DNA of 64,000 nucleotides from Escherichia coli (GTDB lineage Bacteria; Pseudomonadota; Gammaproteobacteria; Enterobacterales; Enterobacteriaceae): NCBI RefSeq assembly GCF_036507355.1, contig NZ_AP027877.1; one strand, 5' to 3'. Shown piece by piece: positions 1 to 10,264 of this stretch (position 1 is its first letter; each line of letters starts with the position of its first letter). The notes under the pieces were generated by a model. It saw only the letters and a program-made list of their open reading frames with translations, ran no database searches and was not told where the DNA came from. The position numbers and the translations under genes were made by a program.

Positions 1-340
1 CTAAAGGCATAATTCCTCCTGTTCAGAATTTCTACAGCAGCAGGTTTCAAAAATCCGGAGAAATATTCAACGAAATATTAATCACTTCACCGGATATTCT
101 GATACGTACCTTCACTGGTCTATTTAAGTAATACAAATTGTTGGCGTGTATTAAGTTCCATTTTGTTCTCCTTAATTATGTAAGGAGTATTTGATCATGT
201 ATAAGCAATAAAAACAGCTTCAGGAAATAAGGAATATCGCAATTTTTAAACATAAAATGCGAATCGTTCAATACAAAAAAGCAGCGTTGCGTAATCTTTC
301 CCTGATTAAATACGCTACCGCCCTACTCTGATGACATGAT

Positions 341-397
341 CTGCACTGCACTGCACTGCACTGCACTGCACTGCACTGCACTGCACTGCACTGCACT
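341..397. repeat. perfect pentanucleotide microsatellite (CTGCA)x11
   Basis: Read directly: ctgca repeated 11 times without interruption at 341-395, then ct; lies 3' of yncG in an AT-rich intergenic region. Confidence 0.95.
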
Positions 398-594
398 ATC
401 ATATCGACATGTTTCTCTACATGCGAAGAGATGTTTTATTTTCGGATTATATTAAATTGATATTTCATATAAAAAACGAAATTACATCAATCATATAAAT
501 AATTGTATCAACTTTAATTACTATTCATAGCAAACAAATGGATATCCAGTTAACTACGCCAGTGATTCATTAACATTAACCTCCGGCATTATTG

Positions 595-1212
595 TTAAAT
601 AATGACATTCCTTTTTAATACTTCTTGTAATTTCGGTAACTGACATACAGCATCAGCAATCGCACTGATATTCGTGGCATTATCCTGAAACCATTCATGC
701 CCAGGCCCCCATGTGCGCATAGTGCAAAGATAACAGTCCACCAGCGTTAGTTGCTCACCAAACGCATAAGGTTCAGCGGTCAATTGTGAATTCAGCCAGA
801 TATAAAGCGATTTACGATATTCAATAACATTCTTCTTTAACTGTTCGGGTGCGTCAGGAGCCCAACGCTCAGGGTAATCGGCGAAAGTGAATGTTGGATA
901 GACATTAGCAACCAGCCAGACCAATAGCCGTTGAAACTGCTGACGTTCGGCGCGCCCAACCGGTGGCGCAAGGTCCGGGCGACGATCGAGAACCATCAAT
1001 GCAATCGCCGCTGTCTCCGTCATAATCTCGTCATTTTCCAGCGCCAGTGTCGGAATCTGACACAACGGGTTCAGGGTTTTCAATAACTCGCGTGAAGTTC
1101 CCTCGTGGTCAAAACCACTGACATCAACGAACTGATAAGGAATATCAGCCAGTGTTAGCATCAGCTCACTGATTGTAGAGCCCCATCCGGGTACGCCATA
1201 CACCTTAATCAT
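595..1212 (-). CDS. yncG: glutathione S-transferase-like protein
   Basis: 205-aa ORF MIKVYGVPGWGSTISE...; GST-like N-terminal fold; position next to ansP as remembered for E. coli. Confidence 0.8.
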   Translation of the reverse strand: MIKVYGVPGWGSTISELMLTLADIPYQFVDVSGFDHEGTSRELLKTLNPLCQIPTLALENDEIMTETAAIALMVLDRRPDLAPPVGRAERQQFQRLLVWLVANVYPTFTFADYPERWAPDAPEQLKKNVIEYRKSLYIWLNSQLTAEPYAFGEQLTLVDCYLCTMRTWGPGHEWFQDNATNISAIADAVCQLPKLQEVLKRNVII

Positions 1213-1478
1213 ATGCCCCTCACAATCTTTTAAAGATTAAGTGTAGGACAGTACACAGGTTAACCAGCAAAAGGATTTGTCATTTTTTCGTCAGTTGTAT
1301 TAATCCCCTTCAGGATTGTAAGGGGATGTTTTGCATCGTTTATCGATAACGGGTAGGATGCTGCGCCGATAGTTTTATACCCATAAAGAATAATGGTGAT
1401 AACTATCATCGCCAGGATGAATAAACATTGTTCATGGCAACTTATATGACTTTTTCATTAAAGCAATCAGGGAGAGCA

Positions 1479-2978
1479 ATGAGTAAACACGACACCGACA
1501 CTTCAGATCAACACGCCGCGAAACGCCGCTGGCTTAATGCCCACGAAGAGGGGTATCACAAAGCGATGGGCAATCGCCAGGTACAGATGATCGCCATTGG
1601 CGGCGCGATTGGCACCGGCTTGTTTTTAGGTGCAGGAGCCCGACTGCAAATGGCGGGTCCAGCACTGGCACTGGTTTATTTAATTTGTGGCTTGTTTTCG
1701 TTTTTTATTCTGCGTGCATTGGGTGAGCTGGTGCTACACCGCCCTTCCAGTGGCAGTTTTGTCTCTTATGCCCGTGAGTTTTTGGGTGAGAAAGCCGCTT
1801 ATGTTGCTGGCTGGATGTACTTCATCAACTGGGCGATGACGGGGATTGTTGATATTACCGCCGTCGCTCTGTATATGCATTACTGGGGTGCGTTTGGCGG
1901 CGTGCCGCAGTGGGTCTTTGCGCTCGCTGCGCTGACCATCGTTGGCACCATGAATATGATCGGTGTGAAATGGTTTGCGGAGATGGAGTTCTGGTTTGCG
2001 CTTATTAAAGTGCTCGCCATTGTGACCTTTTTGGTCGTGGGTACAGTGTTCCTCGGTAGTGGTCAGCCGCTGGATGGCAACACGACTGGCTTACATTTAA
2101 TTACCGATAACGGCGGCTTCTTCCCCCACGGTTTGCTGCCTGCTCTGGTATTGATTCAGGGCGTAGTGTTTGCTTTTGCCTCCATTGAAATGGTGGGTAC
2201 AGCTGCCGGAGAATGTAAAGATCCGCAGACCATGGTGCCTAAAGCGATTAACAGTGTGATTTGGCGTATTGGCCTGTTTTACGTCGGCTCCGTGGTGTTG
2301 CTGGTTATGTTATTGCCGTGGAGCGCGTATCAGGCGGGGCAAAGTCCGTTCGTGACGTTTTTCTCTAAACTGGGTGTGCCATATATCGGCAGCATTATGA
2401 ACATTGTGGTGCTGACCGCTGCCCTCTCCAGCCTGAACTCAGGTCTGTACTGCACCGGACGTATTCTGCGCTCAATGGCGATGGGCGGTTCCGCACCGAG
2501 TTTTATGGCGAAAATGAGTCGTCAGCATGTGCCGTATGCTGGGATTCTGGCGACACTGGTTGTGTATGTCGTCGGCGTATTCCTCAACTATCTGGTGCCG
2601 TCGCGCGTATTTGAGATTGTGTTGAACTTCGCGTCGCTGGGAATCATCGCTTCATGGACGTTTATCATCGTGTGTCAGATGCGCCTGCGTAAAGCGATTA
2701 AAGAAGGCAAAGCAGCGGATGTCAGTTTTAAACTGCCTGGCGCGCCCTTCACTTCCTGGCTGACATTACTGTTTTTACTGAGTGTCCTTGTGCTGATGGC
2801 GTTCGATTACCCGAACGGGACTTATACTATCGCGGCGCTGCCGATTATCGGTATTCTGCTGGTTATAGGCTGGTTTGGTGTGCGCAAACGCGTTGCTGAA
2901 ATTCACAGCACTGCGCCAGTCGTCGAGGAAGATGAAGAAAAACAGGAAATTGTGTTTAAGCCTGAAACGGCGAGCTAA
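1479..2978 (+). CDS. ansP: L-asparagine permease (APC family amino acid transporter)
   Basis: ORF 1428-2978; ATG at 1479 (MSKHDTDTSDQ...) preceded by GGAGAG at 1471-1476; about 499 aa; multi-pass membrane protein. Confidence 0.9.
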   Translation: MSKHDTDTSDQHAAKRRWLNAHEEGYHKAMGNRQVQMIAIGGAIGTGLFLGAGARLQMAGPALALVYLICGLFSFFILRALGELVLHRPSSGSFVSYAREFLGEKAAYVAGWMYFINWAMTGIVDITAVALYMHYWGAFGGVPQWVFALAALTIVGTMNMIGVKWFAEMEFWFALIKVLAIVTFLVVGTVFLGSGQPLDGNTTGLHLITDNGGFFPHGLLPALVLIQGVVFAFASIEMVGTAAGECKDPQTMVPKAINSVIWRIGLFYVGSVVLLVMLLPWSAYQAGQSPFVTFFSKLGVPYIGSIMNIVVLTAALSSLNSGLYCTGRILRSMAMGGSAPSFMAKMSRQHVPYAGILATLVVYVVGVFLNYLVPSRVFEIVLNFASLGIIASWTFIIVCQMRLRKAIKEGKAADVSFKLPGAPFTSWLTLLFLLSVLVLMAFDYPNGTYTIAALPIIGILLVIGWFGVRKRVAEIHSTAPVVEEDEEKQEIVFKPETAS

Positions 2979-2986
2979 TTGCAAAA

Positions 2987-3015
2987 TTGCCCGGCTACGT
3001 GCCGGGCAAATTTAG
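2987..3015. terminator. GC-rich stem-loop ttgcccggc/gccgggcaa followed by T-rich tract, between convergent ansP and yncE
   Basis: Inverted repeat read directly from sequence. Confidence 0.55.
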
Positions 3016-3090
3016 ATTACTGACGAAGGTGCCGCATGCGGCGTGATAAAAGTCAGGCAAGTCTCTCCGTTTTCACCCTCGCCATATCTA

Positions 3091-4152
3091 TTACAGCGCA
3101 ATACGAATCACATCGTCCGGCTGGGTAGCTTCCTGCTGTTTAGTGGATTTTTGTTTCACACTGACATACAGCGTTTTGCCATCGGCAGACAGCGCCAGGC
3201 TGTTTGGATGAGTCGGCGTATCGAACGTTTTCACCACTTTATAGCTTTTCGCGTCAATCACACTGACTTTACCTGCCTGACGATGCGTTACGTAGGCTTC
3301 ATTACGCGCTGAGTTAAACAGCACAGCCAGTGATTCCGGTGCCGCAACCTTCGCCAGAATATTGCCATTACGGGTATCGACCACTAACACTTCTGCGGCT
3401 TTAGAATCGGTGATAAATGCACGCTGCCTGGCGGTATCAAGGCTAATGTTGATAAAGAAGTGCTCTTTGCCGTCATCCAGCAGCTTTTTACGGCTGAGGA
3501 TTTTATTGTCGGCGGTGTCGATGGTAATCAATTCGCCGTCAGCGTTAGTGGTGTAAAGACGTTTGCCTTTGCTATCCAGCGCCAGACCGGTACTCATTTT
3601 ACCGGTGTTCTGGATGGCGGTTTTCAGTTTGATATTCTCGCCATCAACGACCCAAATCACGCTCTCTTTACCAATACCACTGATGTAAACGGTGTTCGTG
3701 GCATCATCAGCTACCAGCTCACGCGGTTGCAGCGGGCGCACCTCTTCCGTGCGCTTACGATCATCCAGCACCAGACGGCCTTTCACTTCGCCCGTTTTGG
3801 CATCTATCGCCGTGACCGCGCTGTTTACGGTGTTACCAAACCACAACGTCTGAGTCGTGTTATTGATGGTGGCACCAAACGGCTTGAGATCGTTATGGAT
3901 CGCCTGCGTCACTTCCAGAGTGACCGGATCAAGACGATAAACCACGCCACCTTTATCCAGTTTGCGGCTTTGCGAAGTGGCGAGCCACAGCGCGTTTTCT
4001 TGCTGGCTATAAGCCATTTCGTAGGCACCTTTACCTACCGCTTTACGCAGCATTTCTTCTGCGGCCTGCGTACTGAATGATGAAGCAACAAGCAATGAAC
4101 CTAACAGTAATGAACCACGCAGGCGCAATGAAAACAGATGACGTAAATGCAT
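3091..4152 (-). CDS. yncE: secreted PQQ-like beta-propeller protein
   Basis: 353-aa ORF with N-terminal signal peptide (MHLRHLFSLRLRGSLLLGSLLVASSFSTQA); length matches remembered YncE. Confidence 0.85.
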   Translation of the reverse strand: MHLRHLFSLRLRGSLLLGSLLVASSFSTQAAEEMLRKAVGKGAYEMAYSQQENALWLATSQSRKLDKGGVVYRLDPVTLEVTQAIHNDLKPFGATINNTTQTLWFGNTVNSAVTAIDAKTGEVKGRLVLDDRKRTEEVRPLQPRELVADDATNTVYISGIGKESVIWVVDGENIKLKTAIQNTGKMSTGLALDSKGKRLYTTNADGELITIDTADNKILSRKKLLDDGKEHFFINISLDTARQRAFITDSKAAEVLVVDTRNGNILAKVAAPESLAVLFNSARNEAYVTHRQAGKVSVIDAKSYKVVKTFDTPTHPNSLALSADGKTLYVSVKQKSTKQQEATQPDDVIRIAL

Positions 4153-4236
4153 GACGACTCCCTTTGATGAACCGATATTTTTGCTGCTTCACAATGCTTC
4201 GCTAAGCGTAATCATCGTTACGCTCTTGTTATAAAT

Positions 4237-4255
4237 GGGAATGGTAATCATTATT
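4237..4255. promoter_or_regulatory. Fur-box-like operator in the yncE/yncD divergent promoter region
   Basis: gggaatggtaatcattatt matches about 15/19 of the Fur consensus GATAATGATAATCATTATC; flanked by a TonB-dependent receptor gene. Confidence 0.5.
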
Positions 4256-4393
4256 TACTCAAATGTGGAGCATTTCTTGCCGTTACGACTACAATTTTCT
4301 CATTTACTTAACGTATTGTGCCGTTTCATTTTCCATAAATTTACAATTTCATTACCATGACGGCGTTTTCCCATTCTTAACCTGGCTTTTTTC

Positions 4394-6496
4394 ATGAAGA
4401 TTTTTTCCGTCCGACAGACCGTTTTGCCCGCACTGCTTGTCCTTTCCCCCGTTGTTTTTGCCGCTGATGAACAGACCATGATTGTCAGTGCCGCGCCGCA
4501 GGTGGTTTCAGAACTGGATACCCCTGCAGCAGTAAGCGTGGTGGATGGCGAGGAGATGCGCCTGGCAACACCGCGCATTAACTTGTCCGAATCACTGACC
4601 GGCGTGCCTGGTTTGCAGGTACAAAACCGGCAGAACTATGCGCAAGATTTACAGCTGTCGATTCGCGGATTTGGCTCCCGTTCCACTTACGGAATTCGCG
4701 GTATTCGCCTGTATGTGGACGGTATTCCCGCCACCATGCCCGACGGGCAAGGGCAAACATCCAACATCGATTTAAGCAGTGTGCAAAATGTGGAAGTGCT
4801 GCGTGGCCCCTTTTCTGCCCTGTATGGCAACGCGTCTGGCGGTGTAATGAATGTCACCACCCAGACCGGACAACAGCCACCAACCATTGAAGCCAGTAGT
4901 TACTACGGCAGTTTTGGCAGCTGGCGCTATGGGCTGAAAGCAACGGGCGCAACGGGAGACGGCACACAGCCCGGCGATGTTGATTACACCGTCTCAACCA
5001 CGCGTTTTACGACCCACGGCTATCGTGACCATAGTGGCGCACAGAAAAATTTAGCCAATGCCAAACTGGGCGTACGCATTGATGAAGCCAGCAAATTAAG
5101 CCTGATTTTCAATAGTGTGGATATCAAAGCAGATGACCCAGGTGGGCTAACCAAAGCAGAATGGAAGGCGAATCCACAACAAGCGCCTCGTGCAGAACAG
5201 TACGACACGCGAAAAACCATCAAGCAAACTCAGGCTGGGTTGCGCTATGAACGTAGCCTGAGTTCGCGGGATGATATGAGTGTGATGATGTATGCCGGAG
5301 AGCGAGAAACGACCCAGTACCAGTCAATACCCATGGCACCACAACTTAACCCGTCACATGCGGGCGGCGTGATTACCCTGCAACGCCATTACCAGGGAAT
5401 AGACAGCCGCTGGACACACCGTGGTGAACTGGGCGTTCCGGTCACGTTCACTACCGGCCTGAACTACGAAAACATGAGTGAAAACCGCAAGGGCTACAAT
5501 AACTTCCGCCTGAATAGCGGCATGCCGGAGTACGGGCAAAAAGGTGAGTTGCGTCGCGACGAACGCAATCTGATGTGGAACATCGATCCCTATTTACAGA
5601 CGCAGTGGCAGCTGAGCGAAAAACTGTCGCTGGATGCTGGCGTGCGCTACAGCTCCGTGTGGTTTGATTCCAACGACCATTACGTTACTCCGGGTAACGG
5701 CGATGACAGCGGTGATGCCAGTTATCACAAATGGCTACCTGCCGGATCGCTAAAATATGCAATGACCGATGCCTGGAATATCTATCTGGCAGCCGGGCGT
5801 GGTTTTGAAACGCCGACGATTAATGAGCTGTCTTATCGCGCTGATGGGCAAAGCGGTATGAACTTTGGTTTAAAACCATCCACCAACGATACAATTGAGA
5901 TCGGCAGTAAAACGCGTATTGGTGATGGGCTGCTTAGTCTCGCATTGTTCCAGACCGACACCGATGATGAAATTGTTGTCGATAGCAGTAGCGGTGGGCG
6001 TACGACTTACAAAAATGCTGGAAAGACCCGTCGTCAAGGTGCTGAACTGGCATGGGATCAACGTTTCGCGGGAGATTTTCGCGTAAACGCGTCCTGGACC
6101 TGGCTTGATGCGACCTATCGCAGCAATGTTTGCAATGAACAGGATTGTAACGGTAATCGGATGCCTGGGATCGCCCGTAATATGGGCTTTGCGTCGATAG
6201 GTTATGTACCGGAAGATGGCTGGTATGCAGGCACGGAAGCGCGTTATATGGGCGATATTATGGCAGATGATGAAAATACGGCCAAAGCGCCGTCTTATAC
6301 TCTCATCGGCTTATTCACCGGGTATAAATACAATTACCACAATTTAACTGTGGATTTATTTGGTCGTGTCGATAATTTATTCGATAAAGAATACGTTGGT
6401 TCTGTCATTGTCAATGAGTCAAACGGGCGATATTACGAACCTGCGCCCGGGCGAAATTATGGTGTCGGCGTGAATATCGCATGGCGATTTGAGTAA
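4394..6496 (+). CDS. yncD: TonB-dependent outer-membrane receptor
   Basis: 700-aa ORF; signal peptide, TonB-box-like ETMIVSA near N-terminus, C-terminal ...AWRFE barrel terminus. Confidence 0.88.
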   Translation: MKIFSVRQTVLPALLVLSPVVFAADEQTMIVSAAPQVVSELDTPAAVSVVDGEEMRLATPRINLSESLTGVPGLQVQNRQNYAQDLQLSIRGFGSRSTYGIRGIRLYVDGIPATMPDGQGQTSNIDLSSVQNVEVLRGPFSALYGNASGGVMNVTTQTGQQPPTIEASSYYGSFGSWRYGLKATGATGDGTQPGDVDYTVSTTRFTTHGYRDHSGAQKNLANAKLGVRIDEASKLSLIFNSVDIKADDPGGLTKAEWKANPQQAPRAEQYDTRKTIKQTQAGLRYERSLSSRDDMSVMMYAGERETTQYQSIPMAPQLNPSHAGGVITLQRHYQGIDSRWTHRGELGVPVTFTTGLNYENMSENRKGYNNFRLNSGMPEYGQKGELRRDERNLMWNIDPYLQTQWQLSEKLSLDAGVRYSSVWFDSNDHYVTPGNGDDSGDASYHKWLPAGSLKYAMTDAWNIYLAAGRGFETPTINELSYRADGQSGMNFGLKPSTNDTIEIGSKTRIGDGLLSLALFQTDTDDEIVVDSSSGGRTTYKNAGKTRRQGAELAWDQRFAGDFRVNASWTWLDATYRSNVCNEQDCNGNRMPGIARNMGFASIGYVPEDGWYAGTEARYMGDIMADDENTAKAPSYTLIGLFTGYKYNYHNLTVDLFGRVDNLFDKEYVGSVIVNESNGRYYEPAPGRNYGVGVNIAWRFE

Positions 6497-6503
6497 TTAC
6501 CTT

Positions 6504-6533
6504 GATGCCCGGTATTTGCCGGGCATTTACTTT
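6504..6533. terminator. stem-loop gatgcccgg/ccgggcat between convergent yncD and mcbR
   Basis: Inverted repeat read directly; T-rich tract follows on + strand. Confidence 0.5.
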
Positions 6534-7197
6534 AACGATTGTATTGCTGGTATAAAATAGCAATATTTTGTTGCATAATTTCAGCAAGACAATGTCTGCA
6601 TCCCTCTTTGTCTTTTGCTTTTAACGCAGCGAGTAACAGATGATAGTTTTCTATATGCTCCCGTAATTCCGCTGGATTAATCGCTTCATAGAGATAATGT
6701 AAACCAGGTCCCATCCTGACCCACAGTTGCTCAATCATCTCACACAGGATGGGCATATTTGAGCGATGATAAATCGCTAAGCGAAATAGCCTGTTTACAT
6801 TAATGATTTGTTCCATGTCGCCCTTTTCTTGCGCCTGCTGTAATTTCTCGAGCAATTCCTGGAGTTCCGCCAGGTCTTGCGGGGTGAGGTTTTCAACAGC
6901 CAGAGCAACTGCCATTAATTCCAGTTCGTAGCGGATCCGATTGATTTCGTCTAATTGACGTTTCCCCACTTCCGGAACTGTAAATGCTTGCGCTGGTGCG
7001 ACAGAAAGCGCATTCACCGAAACCAGACGTAATAATGCTTCACGCACAGGTGTAATACTCATACCTAATTGCTCCGCCAGATTTTTAGTAATCAGGCGTG
7101 CGCCAGGTTTTAGTGCGCCAATACTAAGCTGATGTTTCAGGTCGTTCTCAACCTGCAGAGTCAAACTGACATGTTTCATTTTTTCCGTTCCAGGCAT
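6532..7197 (-). CDS. mcbR: GntR/FadR-family transcriptional regulator (biofilm/colanic acid regulator McbR)
   Basis: ORF 6532-7254; internal ATG at 7197 (MPGTEKMKHVSL...) gives 221 aa as remembered; N-terminal winged HTH. Confidence 0.8.
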   Translation of the reverse strand: MPGTEKMKHVSLTLQVENDLKHQLSIGALKPGARLITKNLAEQLGMSITPVREALLRLVSVNALSVAPAQAFTVPEVGKRQLDEINRIRYELELMAVALAVENLTPQDLAELQELLEKLQQAQEKGDMEQIINVNRLFRLAIYHRSNMPILCEMIEQLWVRMGPGLHYLYEAINPAELREHIENYHLLLAALKAKDKEGCRHCLAEIMQQNIAILYQQYNR

Positions 7198-7394
7198 TTT
7201 AATTCCTTCGCGTGTTTTCTGTCCAACCCTGCCTGCATGGCAGAAGGAATTCACCTGGTGTATTAAAGTGAATAATCATAAACCACTCACCTTTGTTGTT
7301 ATTAGCAGCAGAACAATGATGTGGTTAGTTAATTAAAGCTGAAAATAAGCTTTTTGCCTGGATTTTTATGGCGGCTTACGCCGCCGTTGAAACT

Positions 7395-8432
7395 TTAATC
7401 ATCACCCGCCACGCGGATCACCACTTTGCCGAAGTTTTTACCCTTCAGCAGGCCGATAAACGTCTGTGGCGCATTCTCTAAACCGTCAGTAATTTCTTCG
7501 CGGTAGTGGATTTTATCCTCTTTCACCCATTGCCCCATCTCCTTCTGAAACTCATGGATGCGGTGACCATAATCCTGAGCGATAATAAACCCTTGCAAGC
7601 GAATACGTTTTTTCAGCACCGTTGCCATCAACAGGGGTAAACGATCCGGACCGGGTGGTAGCTCTGTAGCGTTATAGCTGCTCACTAAGCCACAAACGGG
7701 AATGCGCGCAGATGTATTAAGTAATGGTAGCACTGCATCAAATACCTTACCGCCCACGTTTTCATAATAGATATCAATACCTTTTGGGCACGCTTTCGCC
7801 AGTTGTTCGGCAAAATCGTCCGCGTGGTGATCAAGGCAAACATCGAAGCCTAACACCTCGGTAGCATGGCGGCATTTTTCCGCGCCACCGGCTACCCCCA
7901 CCACTCTGCAACCTTTAAGTTTGCCGATTTGCCCCACCGTCGCCCCCACTGGTCCTGTCGCCGCAGCTACCACCAACGTTTCGCCCTCTTTAGGCTGACC
8001 GATATCCAGTAGGCCCATATAAGCGGTAAAGCCTGGCATCCCTAGCACACCCAGCGACCACGATGGATTTTGCGGATGATCGCCAAGTTTCACCAGATCA
8101 TCACCACTGGATATGTCATAGTCTTGCCATCCACTGTAGCCCAGCACCCAGTCGCCAGACTGATAATCAGGATGATTCGACTCCACGACACGGCTCACCG
8201 TACCGCCGACCATCACGCCGCCAATATCAACCGGCGGTGAATAAGATGGCTCATCGCTCATACGTCCACGCATATACGGGTCCAGTGACAAATAAACTGT
8301 GCGTAGTAACACCTGACTTTCACCCGGTGTGGCGACATCATCTTCTTCAAGACGGAAATTCTCCGGAACCGGCGCGCCATGCGGACGCGAGGCCAGAACC
8401 CAACGTCGATTACGCTTCTTTTGTTGCCCCAT
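7395..8432 (-). CDS. curA: NADPH-dependent curcumin/dihydrocurcumin reductase (MDR superfamily)
   Basis: ORF 7395-8525; ATG at 8432 (MGQQKKRNRRWVLASRPHGAP...) gives 345 aa; Rossmann Gly-rich motif present. Confidence 0.85.
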   Translation of the reverse strand: MGQQKKRNRRWVLASRPHGAPVPENFRLEEDDVATPGESQVLLRTVYLSLDPYMRGRMSDEPSYSPPVDIGGVMVGGTVSRVVESNHPDYQSGDWVLGYSGWQDYDISSGDDLVKLGDHPQNPSWSLGVLGMPGFTAYMGLLDIGQPKEGETLVVAAATGPVGATVGQIGKLKGCRVVGVAGGAEKCRHATEVLGFDVCLDHHADDFAEQLAKACPKGIDIYYENVGGKVFDAVLPLLNTSARIPVCGLVSSYNATELPPGPDRLPLLMATVLKKRIRLQGFIIAQDYGHRIHEFQKEMGQWVKEDKIHYREEITDGLENAPQTFIGLLKGKNFGKVVIRVAGDD

Positions 8433-8612
8433 AATGCTCTCCTGTGCTTTTGGCATGAATCCATCAATAGTAGCAGGCTCGCAGGATTGGTTTTGTTTGC
8501 AGCCGTCACATCCCCTCTGCAACACGCAATAATTTCATCGAGGAATCCGTTGCTTCGGGCTGTTTTCGATAGTATTGATAACATCATCATCATTATTTTA
8601 TTGAGGCCAGAC

Positions 8613-9131
8613 ATGTCCATCCGTTTTGCCCGCAAAGCCGACTGTGCTGCCATTGCGGAAATTTATAACCACGCCGTGTTGTATACGGCGGCTATCTGGA
8701 ATGACCAAACGGTGGATGCAGATAACCGCATTGCCTGGTTTGAAGCGCGGACCATAGCAGGTTATCCGGTGCTGGTAAGTGAAGAAGATGGCGTAGTGAC
8801 GGGATATGCCTCATTTGGCGACTGGCGTAGTTTCGATGGTTTTCGCCATACCGTGGAACATTCGGTTTATGTCCATCCCGATCATCAGGGCAAAGGTCTG
8901 GGGCGTAAATTGTTAAGCCGATTGATTGATGAAGCGCGGGATTGCGGGAAGCATGTCATGGTCGCCGGGATCGAATCGCAAAATCAGGCCTCGCTGCATC
9001 TGCACCAGTCGCTGGGATTTGTCGTCACCGCACAAATGCCGCAGGTGGGCACTAAATTTGGGCGCTGGCTGGATCTGACATTTATGCAGTTGCAACTCGA
9101 CGAACGCACTGAACCGGACGCGATTGGATGA
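8613..9131 (+). CDS. mnaT: GNAT-family L-amino acid N-acyltransferase
   Basis: ATG at 8613 (MSIRFARKADCAAIAEIYNHAV...) with GAGG upstream; 172 aa. Confidence 0.85.
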   Translation: MSIRFARKADCAAIAEIYNHAVLYTAAIWNDQTVDADNRIAWFEARTIAGYPVLVSEEDGVVTGYASFGDWRSFDGFRHTVEHSVYVHPDHQGKGLGRKLLSRLIDEARDCGKHVMVAGIESQNQASLHLHQSLGFVVTAQMPQVGTKFGRWLDLTFMQLQLDERTEPDAIG

Positions 9132-9577
9132 ATCAGTCGCTCACCCTTACCTTTTTGATTGCCGCCGGAATTGGTCTGGTAGTCCAGAACACGCTGATGG
9201 TGCGCATCACCCAGACATCCTCTACCATTCTCATCGCCATGTTGCTGAACTCACTGGTGGGGATTGTGCTCTTTGTTTCTATTTTATGGTTTAAACAAGG
9301 TATGGCGGGGTTTGGCGAACTGGTGTCCAGCGTGCGCTGGTGGACACTTATACCTGGCTTGCTGGGTTCGTTTTTTGTCTTCGCCAGTATCAGCGGGTAT
9401 CAGAATGTAGGGGCGGCGACAACTATTGCAGTACTGGTCGCCAGCCAGCTGATTGGCGGTCTGGTTCTGGATATCTTCCGCAGTCATGGCGTACCACTAC
9501 GGGCGTTGTTCGGCCCAATTTGTGGCGCAATTTTACTTGTGGTTGGCGCCTGGTTGGTGGCCAGACGCTCATTTTAA
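9128..9577 (+). CDS. ydcZ: inner-membrane protein, DMT-like (DUF606)
   Basis: 149-aa hydrophobic ORF; start overlaps mnaT stop by 4 nt (ATGA), suggesting translational coupling. Confidence 0.8.
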   Translation: MNQSLTLTFLIAAGIGLVVQNTLMVRITQTSSTILIAMLLNSLVGIVLFVSILWFKQGMAGFGELVSSVRWWTLIPGLLGSFFVFASISGYQNVGAATTIAVLVASQLIGGLVLDIFRSHGVPLRALFGPICGAILLVVGAWLVARRSF

Positions 9578-9811
9578 TCACAGGATGGTGCCGCCTTTGG
9601 TTAACTGTTCATGGCGCGCTTCCATATCTTCTTTATGCTTGCGACCGTGATGAGCAATAGCGGTGCGCAAACGCTGCTGCTGGGTGTAGCGATCTTCCCG
9701 ACTTAACTCCGCGTCATCGCTCAGGGCGATTAATAATTCGTTCATATGGGCAATGACGCTCTCTTCAATCGCGGCATCCACGCGCGCGATGACTTCATCC
9801 AGATGCGACAT
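9578..9811 (-). CDS. ydcY: small uncharacterized protein
   Basis: 77-aa ORF MSHLDEVIARVDAAIEES...; position matches remembered gene order. Confidence 0.75.
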   Translation of the reverse strand: MSHLDEVIARVDAAIEESVIAHMNELLIALSDDAELSREDRYTQQQRLRTAIAHHGRKHKEDMEARHEQLTKGGTIL

Positions 9812-9896
9812 ACTTTCTCCTTAGCCACTTGTGAAATTTATCGATTCATCCAAATGATATAAGTCTGCGTGGTGACGTCAAGCCAGTGAGTAAGAT

Positions 9897-10070
9897 TTAA
9901 AACAGTGAAAACAACAGCGCCACCGGGAAACTCATCGGCCATGTTGCCCCCACCAGAAAGGCGCTTAAGAAACGGATGCGTTTCTTATCGTGAGAAAGAA
10001 ACCAAGTGATAAGAAATGCGATTGCTGCCATAACCGCATAAAAAACAAGCATGTGTTGATAGAGAGACAT
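9897..10070 (-). CDS. ortT: orphan membrane toxin (GhoT-like)
   Basis: ORF 9897-10118; ATG at 10070 gives 57 aa MSLYQHMLVFYAVMAAIAFLITWF... with two hydrophobic helices. Confidence 0.75.
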   Translation of the reverse strand: MSLYQHMLVFYAVMAAIAFLITWFLSHDKKRIRFLSAFLVGATWPMSFPVALLFSLF

Positions 10071-10264
10071 GTACGGGCGTCCAGCCAGATGAATAAAACG
10101 CGCGCAAATATGCGTCATTTTTTGACGTGCATCAAGTTTTTTAACCGGTTTGAGAAAAAAACATCAAACAGCAACTTGCCCTTATCCATCTTCAGAATGA
10201 GTATTATTGCGGATTTTCTTAACCCGTACTATACACATAGGGGCAATGATAAAAGGTGGCAAAA

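Noticed and set aside
341-397. Considered whether the CTGCA repeat could be a CRISPR array
   Set aside because: Unit is only 5 nt, there are no spacers and no cas genes nearby; it is a microsatellite
1-594. Searched for yncH or another gene left of yncG
   Set aside because: Only very short frames; nothing with start context, so no gene called (a gene may begin outside the window)
7366-7386. GC palindrome ggcggcttacgccgcc just 3' of curA
   Set aside because: No U-tract in the correct orientation for curA; not called as a terminator
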